Part shown: positions 28,791 through 39,207 of the stretch, piece by piece
Numbering within the stretch: position 1 is the first letter of the stretch
Layout of the letters: each line of letters opens with the position of its first letter
Assembly: GCA_965204535.1 (NCBI GenBank)
Contig: OZ241996.1
Span: forward strand, 1,184,001-1,248,000
DNA length: 64,000 nucleotides
DNA from: a bacterium
GTDB lineage: Bacteria; UBA8248
Reading direction: 5' to 3'
The notes under the pieces: generated by a model
The model's input: the letters and a program-made list of their open reading frames with translations, nothing else
The model's database searches: none
Told to the model about the DNA's origin: nothing
Position numbers and translations under genes: made by a program

Positions 28791-30260
28791 CTAAGCGGGA
28801 GAAAGAGCGAGACGGCGCGTGAATGTATCTATCATTTCCCGGGCGGCGGGGGATATCTGCTCTTCTCCCTCTTCATAATAGATGGATGAGACGCCCTCGA
28901 GCTTACAGAACGCTCCCCTCGGCTCTACTATGGTGCTTTTCGCCGGGGGAGAGCAAGTGACAAGCACCTCATCCTGGTCTTGAACGTCGCTCAGGCGATA
29001 ACCCCGCCTAATGAATTCGGGCCTCCCGTTTTGGACGGTGTAGATTCCGGGTTCCAGCGAATAACCGATTCGCACTCTCGAAGGGCTCGTGTTTCGAATC
29101 AAAAGCTGAAAACCGGATAAATCCGCTCGTCCGAGTTCGGCGAGCGAATCCCGGTGCGCCTCGAGAGCGGCGCCCGGCCTCAGGAATTCGGCCATATGCC
29201 AGTAGGTGGTGGTGGGTGCGTCGCCGTGTATTTCCTCGAGTTCGGTCATCAGTTGCGTGGTTCCCAGCACGCGCGGGTTGAGTTCGAGGGCATAGGGTTC
29301 GTCCCGATGGACGATGAAATCGACGCCGTATATTCCCCGGTAGCCCGCACAGGCTATCCACTCTCCGATTTTCAGGGTGAATTCCTCGATTTTTCGCCGG
29401 CTCCTCTCGGAAACCAGCCGATACGCCGCATAGTCGCTTCCGGCATAGTCGAAGCGGTGCATGGAGCAGCCGGGAATTCCCGTGAACATCACCGAAGGGT
29501 GGGACATCCAGGGTTTGCTGTCATAAATCAACCCCGCCGTTCCCAGGGCGGGGCCGCTCAGAAACGCGCTCACGATCACCGGCGCATCGGGGCCCAGTTT
29601 TTCGATGAGTTCATCCCGTTTGTTCGCGAGCGCCTCGGATGAGTCGATGAGGTGTGTCTGATTGCCCGAGGAGCCGATTCGCTCCGAAATGATCATGACC
29701 GGCCCGAATTGATCAAGTTGTTTGGGTCCGAGTTCGCCGAGGACCGCCACGTCGCCCGGGGGAACGGCGAACCCCGCTTCGACCGCCTGGCGCCGAAACG
29801 CTATCTTGTCGTCGAATCTCGTCTTGACTTCCACCGGGTTCGCCAGGATGCGGAGCCTGCCCTCGGCTTCTTCTGCGAGTTTGCCGAGGAATTCCGTGGA
29901 GCGGTAGGGGATGACGTATCGGGGAGCATCCCCTTGCGAGAGAAATTCCCGAATTTGAGAGCCCAAAGCTCCTTCGTAGGCCTCTACGAGTGATGAATGC
30001 GTCCATACGATCCGTCTGTTCCGCCCGCGCTCCACGGCGAAATAGCGCAGGCGCCTGTCCCATTCGGGCCCGTCGAGCCCGTAGTCGCAGGCGATGAGGA
30101 AATCGAGGGGGACGATGTTTTCCACCGTGATCGAATCGACCGCGCGCAGCCCCTGAAAGCCGAACGTCGATCCGTCCGGAACGGCGGAGGTCAAGATGTC
30201 GTTAAAATCATTTTTCGTGTGAGAAGGCAAGGAGGGTGTTCCTTCACCGAGAATCATCAC
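28791..30260 (-). CDS. ATP-grasp carboxylate-amine ligase family protein
   Basis: FDDK..FR, GSSGNQT, GYRGIYGVDFIV, ELNPRVLGTT. Confidence 0.8.
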   Translation of the reverse strand: MMILGEGTPSLPSHTKNDFNDILTSAVPDGSTFGFQGLRAVDSITVENIVPLDFLIACDYGLDGPEWDRRLRYFAVERGRNRRIVWTHSSLVEAYEGALGSQIREFLSQGDAPRYVIPYRSTEFLGKLAEEAEGRLRILANPVEVKTRFDDKIAFRRQAVEAGFAVPPGDVAVLGELGPKQLDQFGPVMIISERIGSSGNQTHLIDSSEALANKRDELIEKLGPDAPVIVSAFLSGPALGTAGLIYDSKPWMSHPSVMFTGIPGCSMHRFDYAGSDYAAYRLVSERSRRKIEEFTLKIGEWIACAGYRGIYGVDFIVHRDEPYALELNPRVLGTTQLMTELEEIHGDAPTTTYWHMAEFLRPGAALEAHRDSLAELGRADLSGFQLLIRNTSPSRVRIGYSLEPGIYTVQNGRPEFIRRGYRLSDVQDQDEVLVTCSPPAKSTIVEPRGAFCKLEGVSSIYYEEGEEQISPAAREMIDTFTRRLALSPA

Positions 30261-30452
30261 AAGTGTACATGCGGCTCCGAAATCGAAAAACAGGCGATTT
30301 TAATTCGTTAGCCTCACGAATATCAAGGCAATTCGACGATTCGAGGAACGGTGATTTCACTCCTCGGAGCTTCTGCAACGTGCAGTGCGCTATGCTAGGA
30401 TACGGGGCGTCCCAACTCCCCAATATCGACACCTAGGCGCGAGAACAGGTGA

Positions 30453-31385
30453 ATGTCCGAAGAGAGAAACATGCCCGAATCGGCGTTGGATACCGATGAA
30501 TCCCCGATGATGTCGGAATCGGAGCTCAGGTGGGAGAAATTCCGCCGGAGTTTGGTGCGCGCCAAACCGGCGATGCTCGGGGGCGTTTTTCTCATCCTGC
30601 TGGTGGTCGTCTCTCTTTCCGCCCCCCTCATCGCGCCGCAAGACCCGAGCCTGGTGGACGTCAACCTGCGCCTGAAGCCTCCCGTGTGGGAGGAGGGCGG
30701 GAGCGTGAGCTACCCCCTGGGAACCGACGCGCTGGGCCGGGACATTCTGAGCCGGCTCATGTACGGGGGCCGCGTCTCCATTCTGGTGGGCTTGAGTTCG
30801 GTGGTGATTTCGGGGGTGATCGGCATCGTCCTGGGCCTCGTCTCGGGTTTTTTCGGCGGGAAAATCGACGATCTCATCAGCGGGTTTTCCGAAATCCAAC
30901 TGGCGTTTCCCTTCATTCTGCTGGCCCTCACGATCATGGCGGTCGTCGGGCCTGGGCTGCTCAACATCATCGTGGTGCTGGGGATCAGCCGGTGGGTGGC
31001 CTACGGCCGCGTCGTCAGAGGGCAGGTCATCTCGATAAGGGAGCGCGAATTCGTGGAAGCCACCCGCGCCCTGGGCTACCCCTTGTACCGCATACTGTTC
31101 ATGCAAATTCTGCCCAACACCCTCTCGCCTCTGATCGTCATCGCCACCTTCGCCGTGGCGGGAAACATCATTTCCGAATCCTCGCTGAGTTTCCTCGGGC
31201 TCGGCGTGCCGCCTTCTGTCGTCACCTGGGGGGGCATGTTGTCCGAGGGCCGTGAATATCTGAGAGGCGCGTGGTGGATGGCGACTTTTCCGGGTCTCGC
31301 CATCATGGCGACGGTATTGAGCATCAACCTCATCGGCGACTGGCTGCGGGACTACATGGACCCCCGCCTCGGCGATGATATGTAG
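30453..31385 (+). CDS. Peptide/nickel ABC transporter permease (DppC-like)
   Basis: LGTDALGRDILSRL.YGGR, EFVEA.RALG, ILPN, LSFLGLG, GDWLRD..DPR. Confidence 0.93.
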   Translation: MSEERNMPESALDTDESPMMSESELRWEKFRRSLVRAKPAMLGGVFLILLVVVSLSAPLIAPQDPSLVDVNLRLKPPVWEEGGSVSYPLGTDALGRDILSRLMYGGRVSILVGLSSVVISGVIGIVLGLVSGFFGGKIDDLISGFSEIQLAFPFILLALTIMAVVGPGLLNIIVVLGISRWVAYGRVVRGQVISIREREFVEATRALGYPLYRILFMQILPNTLSPLIVIATFAVAGNIISESSLSFLGLGVPPSVVTWGGMLSEGREYLRGAWWMATFPGLAIMATVLSINLIGDWLRDYMDPRLGDDM

Positions 31386-31406
31386 GTTTCTGAAGGGAAT
31401 TCGTGC

Positions 31407-32954
31407 ATGAAAAGGGCCTTGTTGTGCGGATGTTGTTTACTGCTCGTAGCGCTCGCCGCCTGCGGCCGCGAAGCGAAAGAGGGTCCCTTCACGGTTCTCC
31501 TCTCGGTGGAGGCCAATACGCTCGATCCCCATTTCGCGACGGCCACCATCGAGTGGAGCATATTGATGAACATGTTCGACCCGCTCATTGAGCGGCGCGG
31601 CGATATGACGCTGGGCCCCGCCCTGGCCGAACGCTGGGAGGTGGACGAGACGAAAAAGGTCTGGACGTTTCATCTTCGCAAAGGAGTCAAATTTCATAAC
31701 GGCGAGCCTTTCGATGCGGAATCCGTGCGCTACACCTTCGAGCGGATGCGGGACAGGAAGCTCAAGCCCCGCATCACGGTTTACCGGAGGATTTTCCTGG
31801 ACAGGGTGGAAAAAGTGGACTCCCACACCGTGAAGATTCATACGAAGCGCCCGGTCGCCACCCTGCCGGTGTGGATGGTGAACGCGTTCATGTTGCCGCC
31901 GAAGTACTATTCGTCGACCCCGCCCAAGGAACTGTTGAAGAAACCCGTGGGTACCGGGCCCTACAAGCTGGTGAAATGGGTCAAGGACGACCACATCGAG
32001 ATGAAGGCCAACGAGGGCTGGTGGCGGGGTGAGCCTGCGATAAAAAAAGCGGTCTGGCGACCCGTGGCCGAGGCTTCGGCCCGCATAGGGGAGCTTGAGA
32101 CGGGCGGGGCCGACGTCATCATGAACATCTCGCCCGATCAGTCGAAAACCATTCTGGCGAGAGAAGAGGGTCTCCAGCTTAAAGGTGCTCGGGGGGGACG
32201 CAGGATTTATCTGGGGATTCGCACGGATCACGGGGTGCTCGGCGATGTTCGCGTTCGCCGGGCGCTGAACCACGCGATTGATTTCGAAGCCATCGTCAGG
32301 AACGTTTTTCTGGGCCATGGCTCGCGGATGAGGAGTATCGTGAACCCTCCGAACGCCGACCCGAACATCAAGGCGTACGCCTACGATCCCCCAAAGGCGA
32401 AAGCGCTCCTCACCGAAGCCGGTCTCAAGGATACGAATGGGGACGGCGTCCTGGAAGCGAATGGAAAACCGCTTGAGGTGAAACTTGAAGTGCCTGCTTC
32501 CAGATATTTGAAAGGAAAGGAGGTGGCGGAATTTATAGCAGCCTATTTCCGCGACGTGGGCGTCTATGTGGAGGTGATCCCCCTGGAGTGGTCCGTTTTC
32601 CTCTCCAGAAGGAGAAAAAAGACGCTGGCGCCCTTGTATTTTCACGGGTTCAGTTCCGCCTTCAACGAAGAACTCGACTTGGGTGTATTGAGGCCGAACC
32701 TTTTTGCGAACCTCACCGCCTGGAGGAACCGGAAGTTTATTCAAAATTATAAGAAGTTGGGCCAGACGTTCGATCCCGCCGAGCGCAAGCGGATCAGCTA
32801 CCGAATGCAGCGCATCGTTCACGAGGAAAGCCCGTGGGTGTTTTTGTGGAACCAGTATGATTTTTTCGGCTTGAGCGCGAGGACGCAGTGGACACCGAGG
32901 CCGGATGAGAGAATCTACCTGCCCACGATTCGCTTGAAAGAGGCGAACGAATAG
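31407..32954 (+). CDS. Peptide ABC transporter substrate-binding lipoprotein (family 5)
   Basis: Lipobox LAAC, LAE.W, F.LRKGVKFHNGEPF, GTGPY, VRRALNHAID. Confidence 0.93.
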   Translation: MKRALLCGCCLLLVALAACGREAKEGPFTVLLSVEANTLDPHFATATIEWSILMNMFDPLIERRGDMTLGPALAERWEVDETKKVWTFHLRKGVKFHNGEPFDAESVRYTFERMRDRKLKPRITVYRRIFLDRVEKVDSHTVKIHTKRPVATLPVWMVNAFMLPPKYYSSTPPKELLKKPVGTGPYKLVKWVKDDHIEMKANEGWWRGEPAIKKAVWRPVAEASARIGELETGGADVIMNISPDQSKTILAREEGLQLKGARGGRRIYLGIRTDHGVLGDVRVRRALNHAIDFEAIVRNVFLGHGSRMRSIVNPPNADPNIKAYAYDPPKAKALLTEAGLKDTNGDGVLEANGKPLEVKLEVPASRYLKGKEVAEFIAAYFRDVGVYVEVIPLEWSVFLSRRRKKTLAPLYFHGFSSAFNEELDLGVLRPNLFANLTAWRNRKFIQNYKKLGQTFDPAERKRISYRMQRIVHEESPWVFLWNQYDFFGLSARTQWTPRPDERIYLPTIRLKEANE

Positions 32955-32957
32955 ACG

Positions 32958-33875
32958 ATGAGCGCCTATCTTTTCAGAAGATTTCTTCGGGCCGTCGTGG
33001 TCGTAGTCGGCGTGAGCTTCATCTCGTTCGCCGTCTTGTTCCTATCGGGCGACCCGACCGACACCATGGTCGGCGAGGACTGGACGGTTCAGGAGGTACA
33101 GAAACTCAAAAAAGACTTGGGTCTGGACAAGCCCTGGTTCGTTCAATACACGCTCTACGTGGGCAGGGCGGTGCAGGGTGATTTCGGAGAAAGCCTGCGC
33201 TACCGCCAGCCCGCGTTCGAACTCATCATGGAGCGTCTGCCGGCGACGCTGGAACTCGCTCTCGTGGCGCTGGTTCTCTCGATCATCCTGGCGTTTCCGG
33301 TAGGAGTCATCAGCGCGACGAAACGCGGCTCTCCGTATGATCACGGGGGGATGCTGTTCGCGCTCCTGGGGCAGTCCATGCCCGTTTTCTGGCTCGGCCT
33401 GATGCTGATCCTCATCTTCGGGGTGGGCCTGAGGTGGCTGCCCGTCAGCGGAAGAAGCGGCTGGGAGCATCTGGTGCTGCCCGCCATCGCGCTTTCCACC
33501 TACTCGATTGCGAGAAACGCGCGGGTGGTTCGAAGCTCCATGCTGGAGGTTTTGCGCCATGAGTACGTGAAGACCGCCCGCGCGAAGGGACTCTCCGAGT
33601 GGGTCGTCGTCAACCTGCACGTGCTCAGGAATTCCATGATTCCTGTGATCACCATCATCGGCCTGGAATTCGGGCATCTGCTGGGGGGAGCGGTGATCGT
33701 CGAGACGATATTCTCCTGGCCGGGGGTGGGGAGGCTCCTGATTCAGGCCGTCTACGCCAAGGATTTCCCTCTGGTGCAGGCTTCGGTGACCATCACCGCT
33801 CTGATTTTCGTGTCATTGAATCTCGTTGTTGATTTGATGTATTCCGTCCTCGACCCAAGGGTGAGACTCCATTGA
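32958..33875 (+). CDS. Peptide/nickel ABC transporter permease (DppB-like)
   Basis: GLDKP..QY, GDFGES, RLPATLEL, YVKTARAKGL, ETIFSWPG.G, LDPRVR. Confidence 0.93.
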   Translation: MSAYLFRRFLRAVVVVVGVSFISFAVLFLSGDPTDTMVGEDWTVQEVQKLKKDLGLDKPWFVQYTLYVGRAVQGDFGESLRYRQPAFELIMERLPATLELALVALVLSIILAFPVGVISATKRGSPYDHGGMLFALLGQSMPVFWLGLMLILIFGVGLRWLPVSGRSGWEHLVLPAIALSTYSIARNARVVRSSMLEVLRHEYVKTARAKGLSEWVVVNLHVLRNSMIPVITIIGLEFGHLLGGAVIVETIFSWPGVGRLLIQAVYAKDFPLVQASVTITALIFVSLNLVVDLMYSVLDPRVRLH

Positions 33876-34810
33876 GCCGGACCGCGTATTTCTGGACGCC
33901 CGAATCTCTCATGCACGACAACGGCCGGCATGTGGAGAACGTCGAGCGCGCCAAACGCCTGACGCCTGAGAGAATACTCCCCCAAGTCTCGTCGCTCAGA
34001 CACATGGAGATTAAGCCTCACGACGCTAAGGAGTGGGTTCTGAGGGTGCATGAGGAATCGCACCACCGCTTCGTGCGCGAGGCGTGTGACGGCGGCAGGT
34101 GTATTCTCGATGGCGGAGATACGCTGGCAGGCCCCGGTAGCTATGAGGCCGCCCTCGCCGCTGTCGATGCGGCCCTGAGCGCGGCGGATGCCGTCGTGGG
34201 TGGGGAGGCCGATAACGCCTTTTGCGCCGCGAGGCCGCCGGGACACCACGCCTTGCCCCATCAATCCATGGGTTTTTGCCTGTTCGCCACCGTCTCCATC
34301 CTGGTTCGGTATCTGCAGGAAAAACACGGCCTCCAGAGAATCGCCGTGGTGGATTGGGACGTGCATCACGGAAACGGTACCCAGCATATCTTCTGGAGCG
34401 ACCCGGACGTGTTCTTTGTCTCCTTGCACCAGCATCCCCACTATCCGGGCACGGGGCTTGCGGGCGAGACGGGAGAAGGAGCGGGCGAGGGTGCGACGCT
34501 CAACATTCCCGTCGCGGCGGGAACGCCCGAGGAGGAATACCTGGCGAGGTTTCAGAAAAACGTCATCCCCGCCATCGAGGCGCACGGGCCCGAAGCGGTC
34601 GTCGTATCGGCGGGTTTCGACGCGCACCGGGACGACCCCCTCGGGGGGCTGGTGATCACCGAAGCCGGGTTCGCCCGTCTGACCGGGTGGGTGAAGACGC
34701 TTGCCGAAAGCCATTGCGAGGGGCGTCTCGTCTGCCTGCTCGAAGGCGGGTACAACCTCGACGCCTTGGAGCGCTCTGTCGTCGCGCACTTGCGAGAACT
34801 CTCGGGGTAA
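33872..34810 (+). CDS. Histone-deacetylase-family (acetylpolyamine/AcuC-like) Zn hydrolase
   Basis: RPPGHHA, GFC, DWDVHHGNGTQ, SLHQ..YPGTG, SAGFDAH..DPL, LEGGY; TTGA overlap with permease. Confidence 0.92.
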   Translation: MSRTAYFWTPESLMHDNGRHVENVERAKRLTPERILPQVSSLRHMEIKPHDAKEWVLRVHEESHHRFVREACDGGRCILDGGDTLAGPGSYEAALAAVDAALSAADAVVGGEADNAFCAARPPGHHALPHQSMGFCLFATVSILVRYLQEKHGLQRIAVVDWDVHHGNGTQHIFWSDPDVFFVSLHQHPHYPGTGLAGETGEGAGEGATLNIPVAAGTPEEEYLARFQKNVIPAIEAHGPEAVVVSAGFDAHRDDPLGGLVITEAGFARLTGWVKTLAESHCEGRLVCLLEGGYNLDALERSVVAHLRELSG

Positions 34811-34846
34811 CGATTTGCACACCGGGTTTCACAAACAGCCCCAAAA

Positions 34847-34880
34847 TTTAGTTGACTAACTAACTAAAAAGATTTATATT
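34847..34880 (+). promoter_or_regulatory. Sigma70 promoter overlapped by palindromic operator
   Basis: TTGACT (34852)-17bp-TATATT (34875); tttagtt-N8-aactaaa inverted repeat at 34847-34868. Confidence 0.7.
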
Positions 34881-34954
34881 CCATGTAGCTTGTGGGACGG
34901 ACTTCGGCGTATTGGTTCGACGAGTTGGGTTTTCAACTTACCGGGGGAGAGGGT

Positions 34955-35587
34955 ATGGCAGTGGCGACGGCGACGCCCAAAGGCCCCAAGGCGTCCGCTA
35001 CGAAACAGAAAATCATCGAAGCGGCCGCGCGGCTCGTCTATCACAGAGGGTTTCACGCCACGTCGCTCGATATGGTGGCGCAGGCCGCCGGGGTGAACCG
35101 GGGGAGTCTGTACTATTTTTTCCGCTCCAAGAAGAACCTGGGACTCGCCGTCATCGATCACTACGAATCGCTTCTTCATCAAAACTATCTTTCCCCCTCA
35201 TTTGACACCAGGGCGAAGGGAAACGAGAAAATAAGGCGGCTGGCGGAATCCTACGCCCGCATGCCGATTCAGGATTCCCCGTGCTGCGGATGCCCTATCG
35301 GGAACCTTTCGCTCGAACTCAGCGCCATAGATGAGGAGTTGCGCGTGCGGCTGAAAGGGGTGTGGGAGGGGGTTTTCGAGAGGATCGCCCACGTATTGGC
35401 GCAGTCCAAAGAGGAAGGCGACCTTCCGGGGCATATTGAGCCGCTCGCGTATGCCCGTTCTTTTTTCTCGCAGATGCAGGGCGCGCATATCATCGCGCGG
35501 TGTTCACAGGATGAGGCGTCTTTGCGCGGAGACTGCGAGCGCGCCTTCATGAGCCTGCCCTGGACGCGGAAAGGGGAGTCGGAATGA
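34955..35587 (+). CDS. TetR/AcrR-family regulator (NemR/ComR-like C-domain) with CCGC motif
   Basis: GFHATSLD.VA..AGV.RGSLYY.F.SK HTH; SPCCGCPIGNL..E. Confidence 0.9.
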   Translation: MAVATATPKGPKASATKQKIIEAAARLVYHRGFHATSLDMVAQAAGVNRGSLYYFFRSKKNLGLAVIDHYESLLHQNYLSPSFDTRAKGNEKIRRLAESYARMPIQDSPCCGCPIGNLSLELSAIDEELRVRLKGVWEGVFERIAHVLAQSKEEGDLPGHIEPLAYARSFFSQMQGAHIIARCSQDEASLRGDCERAFMSLPWTRKGESE

Positions 35588-36732
35588 ACGGGGGAGGTCG
35601 TGAATTCAGGCGCGGTGGTCCCGTCTATTCCAGCGGATGGGGATGGCTCGTCTGGTGTGTTTTCTTGCTGGGCGTCGTCCTTGCATGGCTGTTCGCAAGG
35701 GGCTATTTTGACAACCTCCACGATCCGGACGCCGTGCCCCGCGTCGTCACCCCGCGAGGGGACCTCGCCGCCGAGGAAAAATCCAACATAGAGCTTTTCC
35801 GCCTCTCCTCCCCGTCGGTCGTCTACATTACGCGGCTGACGATGAGGCGCGACAGGTTCAGTCTCAATTTGTTCGAGATTCCCCAAGGCACGGGTTCGGG
35901 CTTCGTCTGGAACGATCAGGGCCACGTCATCACGAATTTTCACGTCATTCAGGGGGCGAGCGCCCTGCGCGTCACCCTGGCGGATAATTCCGAGTGGGAT
36001 GCGCGCGTGGTGGGCATGGCGCCGGATCAGGATTTGGCGGTTCTCTTCATCAACGCGCCGAGGGATCGCTTGAAGCCAATCGCCGTCGGGCAGTCCGCCA
36101 ATTTACAAGTGGGCCAGCGGGTGTTCGCCATCGGCAATCCTTTCGGGCTGGACCAGACGCTCACGACGGGAATCATCAGCGCCCTGGGGAGGGAGATCAA
36201 CGCCGTGTCGGGCCGCAAGATCAGCGGCGTCATCCAGACCGACGCCGCGATCAATCCGGGCAATTCCGGGGGGCCTCTGCTGGACAGCGCAGGTCGTCTG
36301 ATAGGCGTCAACACCGCCATTTTCAGCCCCTCAGGCTCCAACGCAGGCATCGGTTTCGCGGTTCCCGTGGATACGGTGAACAGGGTCGTTCCCCAGTTGC
36401 TCCGTCATGGGCGCGTCATCCGGCCGGGTCTCGGCATCCACGTGGCCGACAGGAGTACGGCGGAGCGCTTCGGAATACGGGGCGTTCTGATCATCCGTGT
36501 GCAGAAGGGCAGCGCGGCGGAAGGCGCGGGGTTGCGAGGCACCGGCAGGAACCGGGAAGGCCGCCTCGTGCTCGGCGACGTGATTGTCGGCGTGGGAGAG
36601 CGCTCCATCACCTCGCTCAATGACTTGTTGGACGCTCTCGATACCCACAAAGTGGGCGACGTCGTGGAAGTGCGCCTGATGCGCGAGGGTAGCGAGATGA
36701 ACGTAAGCGTAAAACTTCAGGCCCTGGGCTAG
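35584..36732 (+). CDS. HtrA/DegP-family serine protease with one PDZ domain
   Basis: GSGF, TNFHV, DLAVL, IGNPFGL, QTDAAINPGNSGGPL; N-terminal TM; ATGA overlap. Confidence 0.93.
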   Translation: MNGGGREFRRGGPVYSSGWGWLVWCVFLLGVVLAWLFARGYFDNLHDPDAVPRVVTPRGDLAAEEKSNIELFRLSSPSVVYITRLTMRRDRFSLNLFEIPQGTGSGFVWNDQGHVITNFHVIQGASALRVTLADNSEWDARVVGMAPDQDLAVLFINAPRDRLKPIAVGQSANLQVGQRVFAIGNPFGLDQTLTTGIISALGREINAVSGRKISGVIQTDAAINPGNSGGPLLDSAGRLIGVNTAIFSPSGSNAGIGFAVPVDTVNRVVPQLLRHGRVIRPGLGIHVADRSTAERFGIRGVLIIRVQKGSAAEGAGLRGTGRNREGRLVLGDVIVGVGERSITSLNDLLDALDTHKVGDVVEVRLMREGSEMNVSVKLQALG

Positions 36733-36741
36733 GAGTGTGGC

Positions 36742-39141
36742 ATGTCGATAAATTCCATTCCTGAAACATTGGAAATTCCGGTCGAGGGCATGTCGTGCGC
36801 GGCATGTTCCGCGAGGCTTGAAAAACGGCTCGGCGCGCTCGACGGCGTATTGCGCGCGAACGTGAATCTGGCGCTCGCGCGCGCGCAGGTCGAGTTCGTT
36901 CCCGCCCAGGTCACGCCCGCCGACATCACCAAAAGAGTGGAGAAGACCGGGTTCCGCGTTCCGCATTCTCACGTCGAGTTCACGATAGAAGGGGTGGAGG
37001 ACGAGGCGGACGCCGCTGCCCTGGAGGAGCAATTGAGCGTGCTCGATGGCGTCGTCTCCGCCAGCGTGGACCTCTCGAAGGCCCAAGGCCGTGTCGAGTT
37101 CCAGCCGGCCATCGTTAACGCCGATGAGATTTTGAATCATGTGGCCAGGGCGGGATATTCGACCCGCCCGGTGATGGATGAGGAACAGGATACGGAGAAA
37201 CTGAAACGAGAGCGCGAATTCAGGAAAAGCGTGCGTCTGCTCATGCTCTCAGCGGTTTTGTCCGCACCGCTTCTCATACAGATGGTTGGCATGTTTCCGG
37301 GCGCGGGGGGCTGGGAGTTGCCCAGATGGTGGCAGTTCGCGCTCGCTACGCCCGTGCAGTTTATCGTGGGCTGGCGGTTCTACCGGGGCGCGTATCATAC
37401 GCTCATGGGCGGCGGCGCGAACATGGACGTGCTCGTTGCTCTGGGTACGAGCGCTGCCTGGCTGCACAGCAGCGTGGTGACGCTAATGGGTTTGAGCGGG
37501 CATCATGTGTATTTCGAGGCGTCCGCTGTCCTGATCACGCTCATCGTGCTCGGAAAGGTGCTCGAAGAGCGCGCCATGGGCAGAACTTCTGAGGCTATCA
37601 AGAAACTCATGGGCCTTCAGGCGAAGACGGCGCGGGTGCTCCGCGACGGAGAAGAGCGCGAGGTTCCCGTGGGCGAGGTCCGCGTGAACGAGGTCGTGAT
37701 GGTGCGCCCGGGTGAGAAATACCCCGTGGACGGCATCATCCTTGAGGGCATGACTTCCGCCGATGAATCCATGCTGACGGGCGAGAGCGTGCCCGTGGCG
37801 AAAGGTGTGGACGACGCGGTCACCGGGGCCACGCTCAACATCGACGGGGCGGTGATGTTCCGGGCCACCAAGGTGGGAAAAGATACGGTGCTGGCCCAGA
37901 TCATCCGCATGGTGGAGCAGGCGCAGGGCTCCAAGGCGCCGATTCAGCGCACTGCGGACAGGGTTTCGGGCATATTCGTGCCCATCGTGCTGGGAATCGC
38001 TCTCGTCACATACATTCTTTGGGACTTTATGGGGCCGTTCACGCCCGCGCTCATCAACGCCGTCGCCGTTTTGGTCATCGCCTGTCCGTGCGCCCTGGGA
38101 TTAGCGACGCCTACGGCCATCATGGTGGGCACCGGGAAAGGGGCTGAGGCCGGGGTTTTGATCAAGGGCGGCGAATCCCTGGAGACGGCGCACAGGCTCG
38201 ACGCCGTCATTTTGGATAAAACGGGCACGCTGACCAAGGGGTCGCCCGTGGTGACGGATATTTTGCCGCTTGGCGGACTCTCCCAAGAGGAGTTGCTCAG
38301 GCTCGCGGCGAGCGCGGAGCGGGGTTCTGAGCATCCGCTGGGCAAATCGATAGTCGATGAGGCGGGGGCGCGAGGCGTTGAATTGCTCGAGATGCGGGAT
38401 TTTCGCGCCTTTCCGGGGCATGGCCTGGAAGCGGAGGTGGGAGGGCGGAAAATTTATCTGGGCAACGAGAAGTTCATGGCGGAGCATGGTGTGGACGCGC
38501 CCGGGTCTGTCGATGAGATTCGCCGCTTCGAATCGGAGGGGAAAACAGTCGTTCTCGTCGCCGATGACGGGGGCCTGCTGGGCGTCATCGGCGTCGCCGA
38601 TTCCTTGAGGGAAAACTCGGCGGAAGCTGTTGCTGCTCTCCAGGGCATGGGAGTCGAGGTCTACATGTTGACGGGCGACAACGAGCGCACGGCGCAAACC
38701 ATAGCGGCCGAAGCGGGCATTTCTCACGTGATGGCGGACGTGATGCCGGACGAAAAGGCGGCGATGGTGCAACGGCTTAAACGAGAAGGCAAAAAGGTGG
38801 GCATGGTGGGTGACGGCATCAACGACGCCCCGGCGTTGGCCGCCGCGGACGTGGGCTTCGCCATCGGCTCGGGCACGGACATCGCGATGGAGGCGTCGGA
38901 CATCACCTTGATGCAGGGCGATCTGATGGGCGTCGTGGCGGGAGTTCACCTCTCAAAGACCGTGATGCGAAAAATCCGCCAGAACCTTTTCTGGGCGTTT
39001 TTCTACAACATTCTGGGCATTCCCCTGGCGGCGTTCGGGTTTTTGAGCCCCATCGTCGCGGGGGCGGCCATGGCGTTCAGCTCCGTATCCGTCGTGTCGA
39101 ACACCTTGTTGCTCAGAAACTGGAGACCGGTTCGTTCATAA
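36742..39141 (+). CDS. copA: Cu(I)-translocating P1B-1 ATPase
   Basis: [48 protein letters not shown]. Confidence 0.93.
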   Translation: MSINSIPETLEIPVEGMSCAACSARLEKRLGALDGVLRANVNLALARAQVEFVPAQVTPADITKRVEKTGFRVPHSHVEFTIEGVEDEADAAALEEQLSVLDGVVSASVDLSKAQGRVEFQPAIVNADEILNHVARAGYSTRPVMDEEQDTEKLKREREFRKSVRLLMLSAVLSAPLLIQMVGMFPGAGGWELPRWWQFALATPVQFIVGWRFYRGAYHTLMGGGANMDVLVALGTSAAWLHSSVVTLMGLSGHHVYFEASAVLITLIVLGKVLEERAMGRTSEAIKKLMGLQAKTARVLRDGEEREVPVGEVRVNEVVMVRPGEKYPVDGIILEGMTSADESMLTGESVPVAKGVDDAVTGATLNIDGAVMFRATKVGKDTVLAQIIRMVEQAQGSKAPIQRTADRVSGIFVPIVLGIALVTYILWDFMGPFTPALINAVAVLVIACPCALGLATPTAIMVGTGKGAEAGVLIKGGESLETAHRLDAVILDKTGTLTKGSPVVTDILPLGGLSQEELLRLAASAERGSEHPLGKSIVDEAGARGVELLEMRDFRAFPGHGLEAEVGGRKIYLGNEKFMAEHGVDAPGSVDEIRRFESEGKTVVLVADDGGLLGVIGVADSLRENSAEAVAALQGMGVEVYMLTGDNERTAQTIAAEAGISHVMADVMPDEKAAMVQRLKREGKKVGMVGDGINDAPALAAADVGFAIGSGTDIAMEASDITLMQGDLMGVVAGVHLSKTVMRKIRQNLFWAFFYNILGIPLAAFGFLSPIVAGAAMAFSSVSVVSNTLLLRNWRPVRS

Positions 39142-39207
39142 GGTGTGGACCAGATCCGAATGTGGGCTTGGGTGCTGGAGACTCGATTTTTCTTGGAGAA
39201 ACATGAA

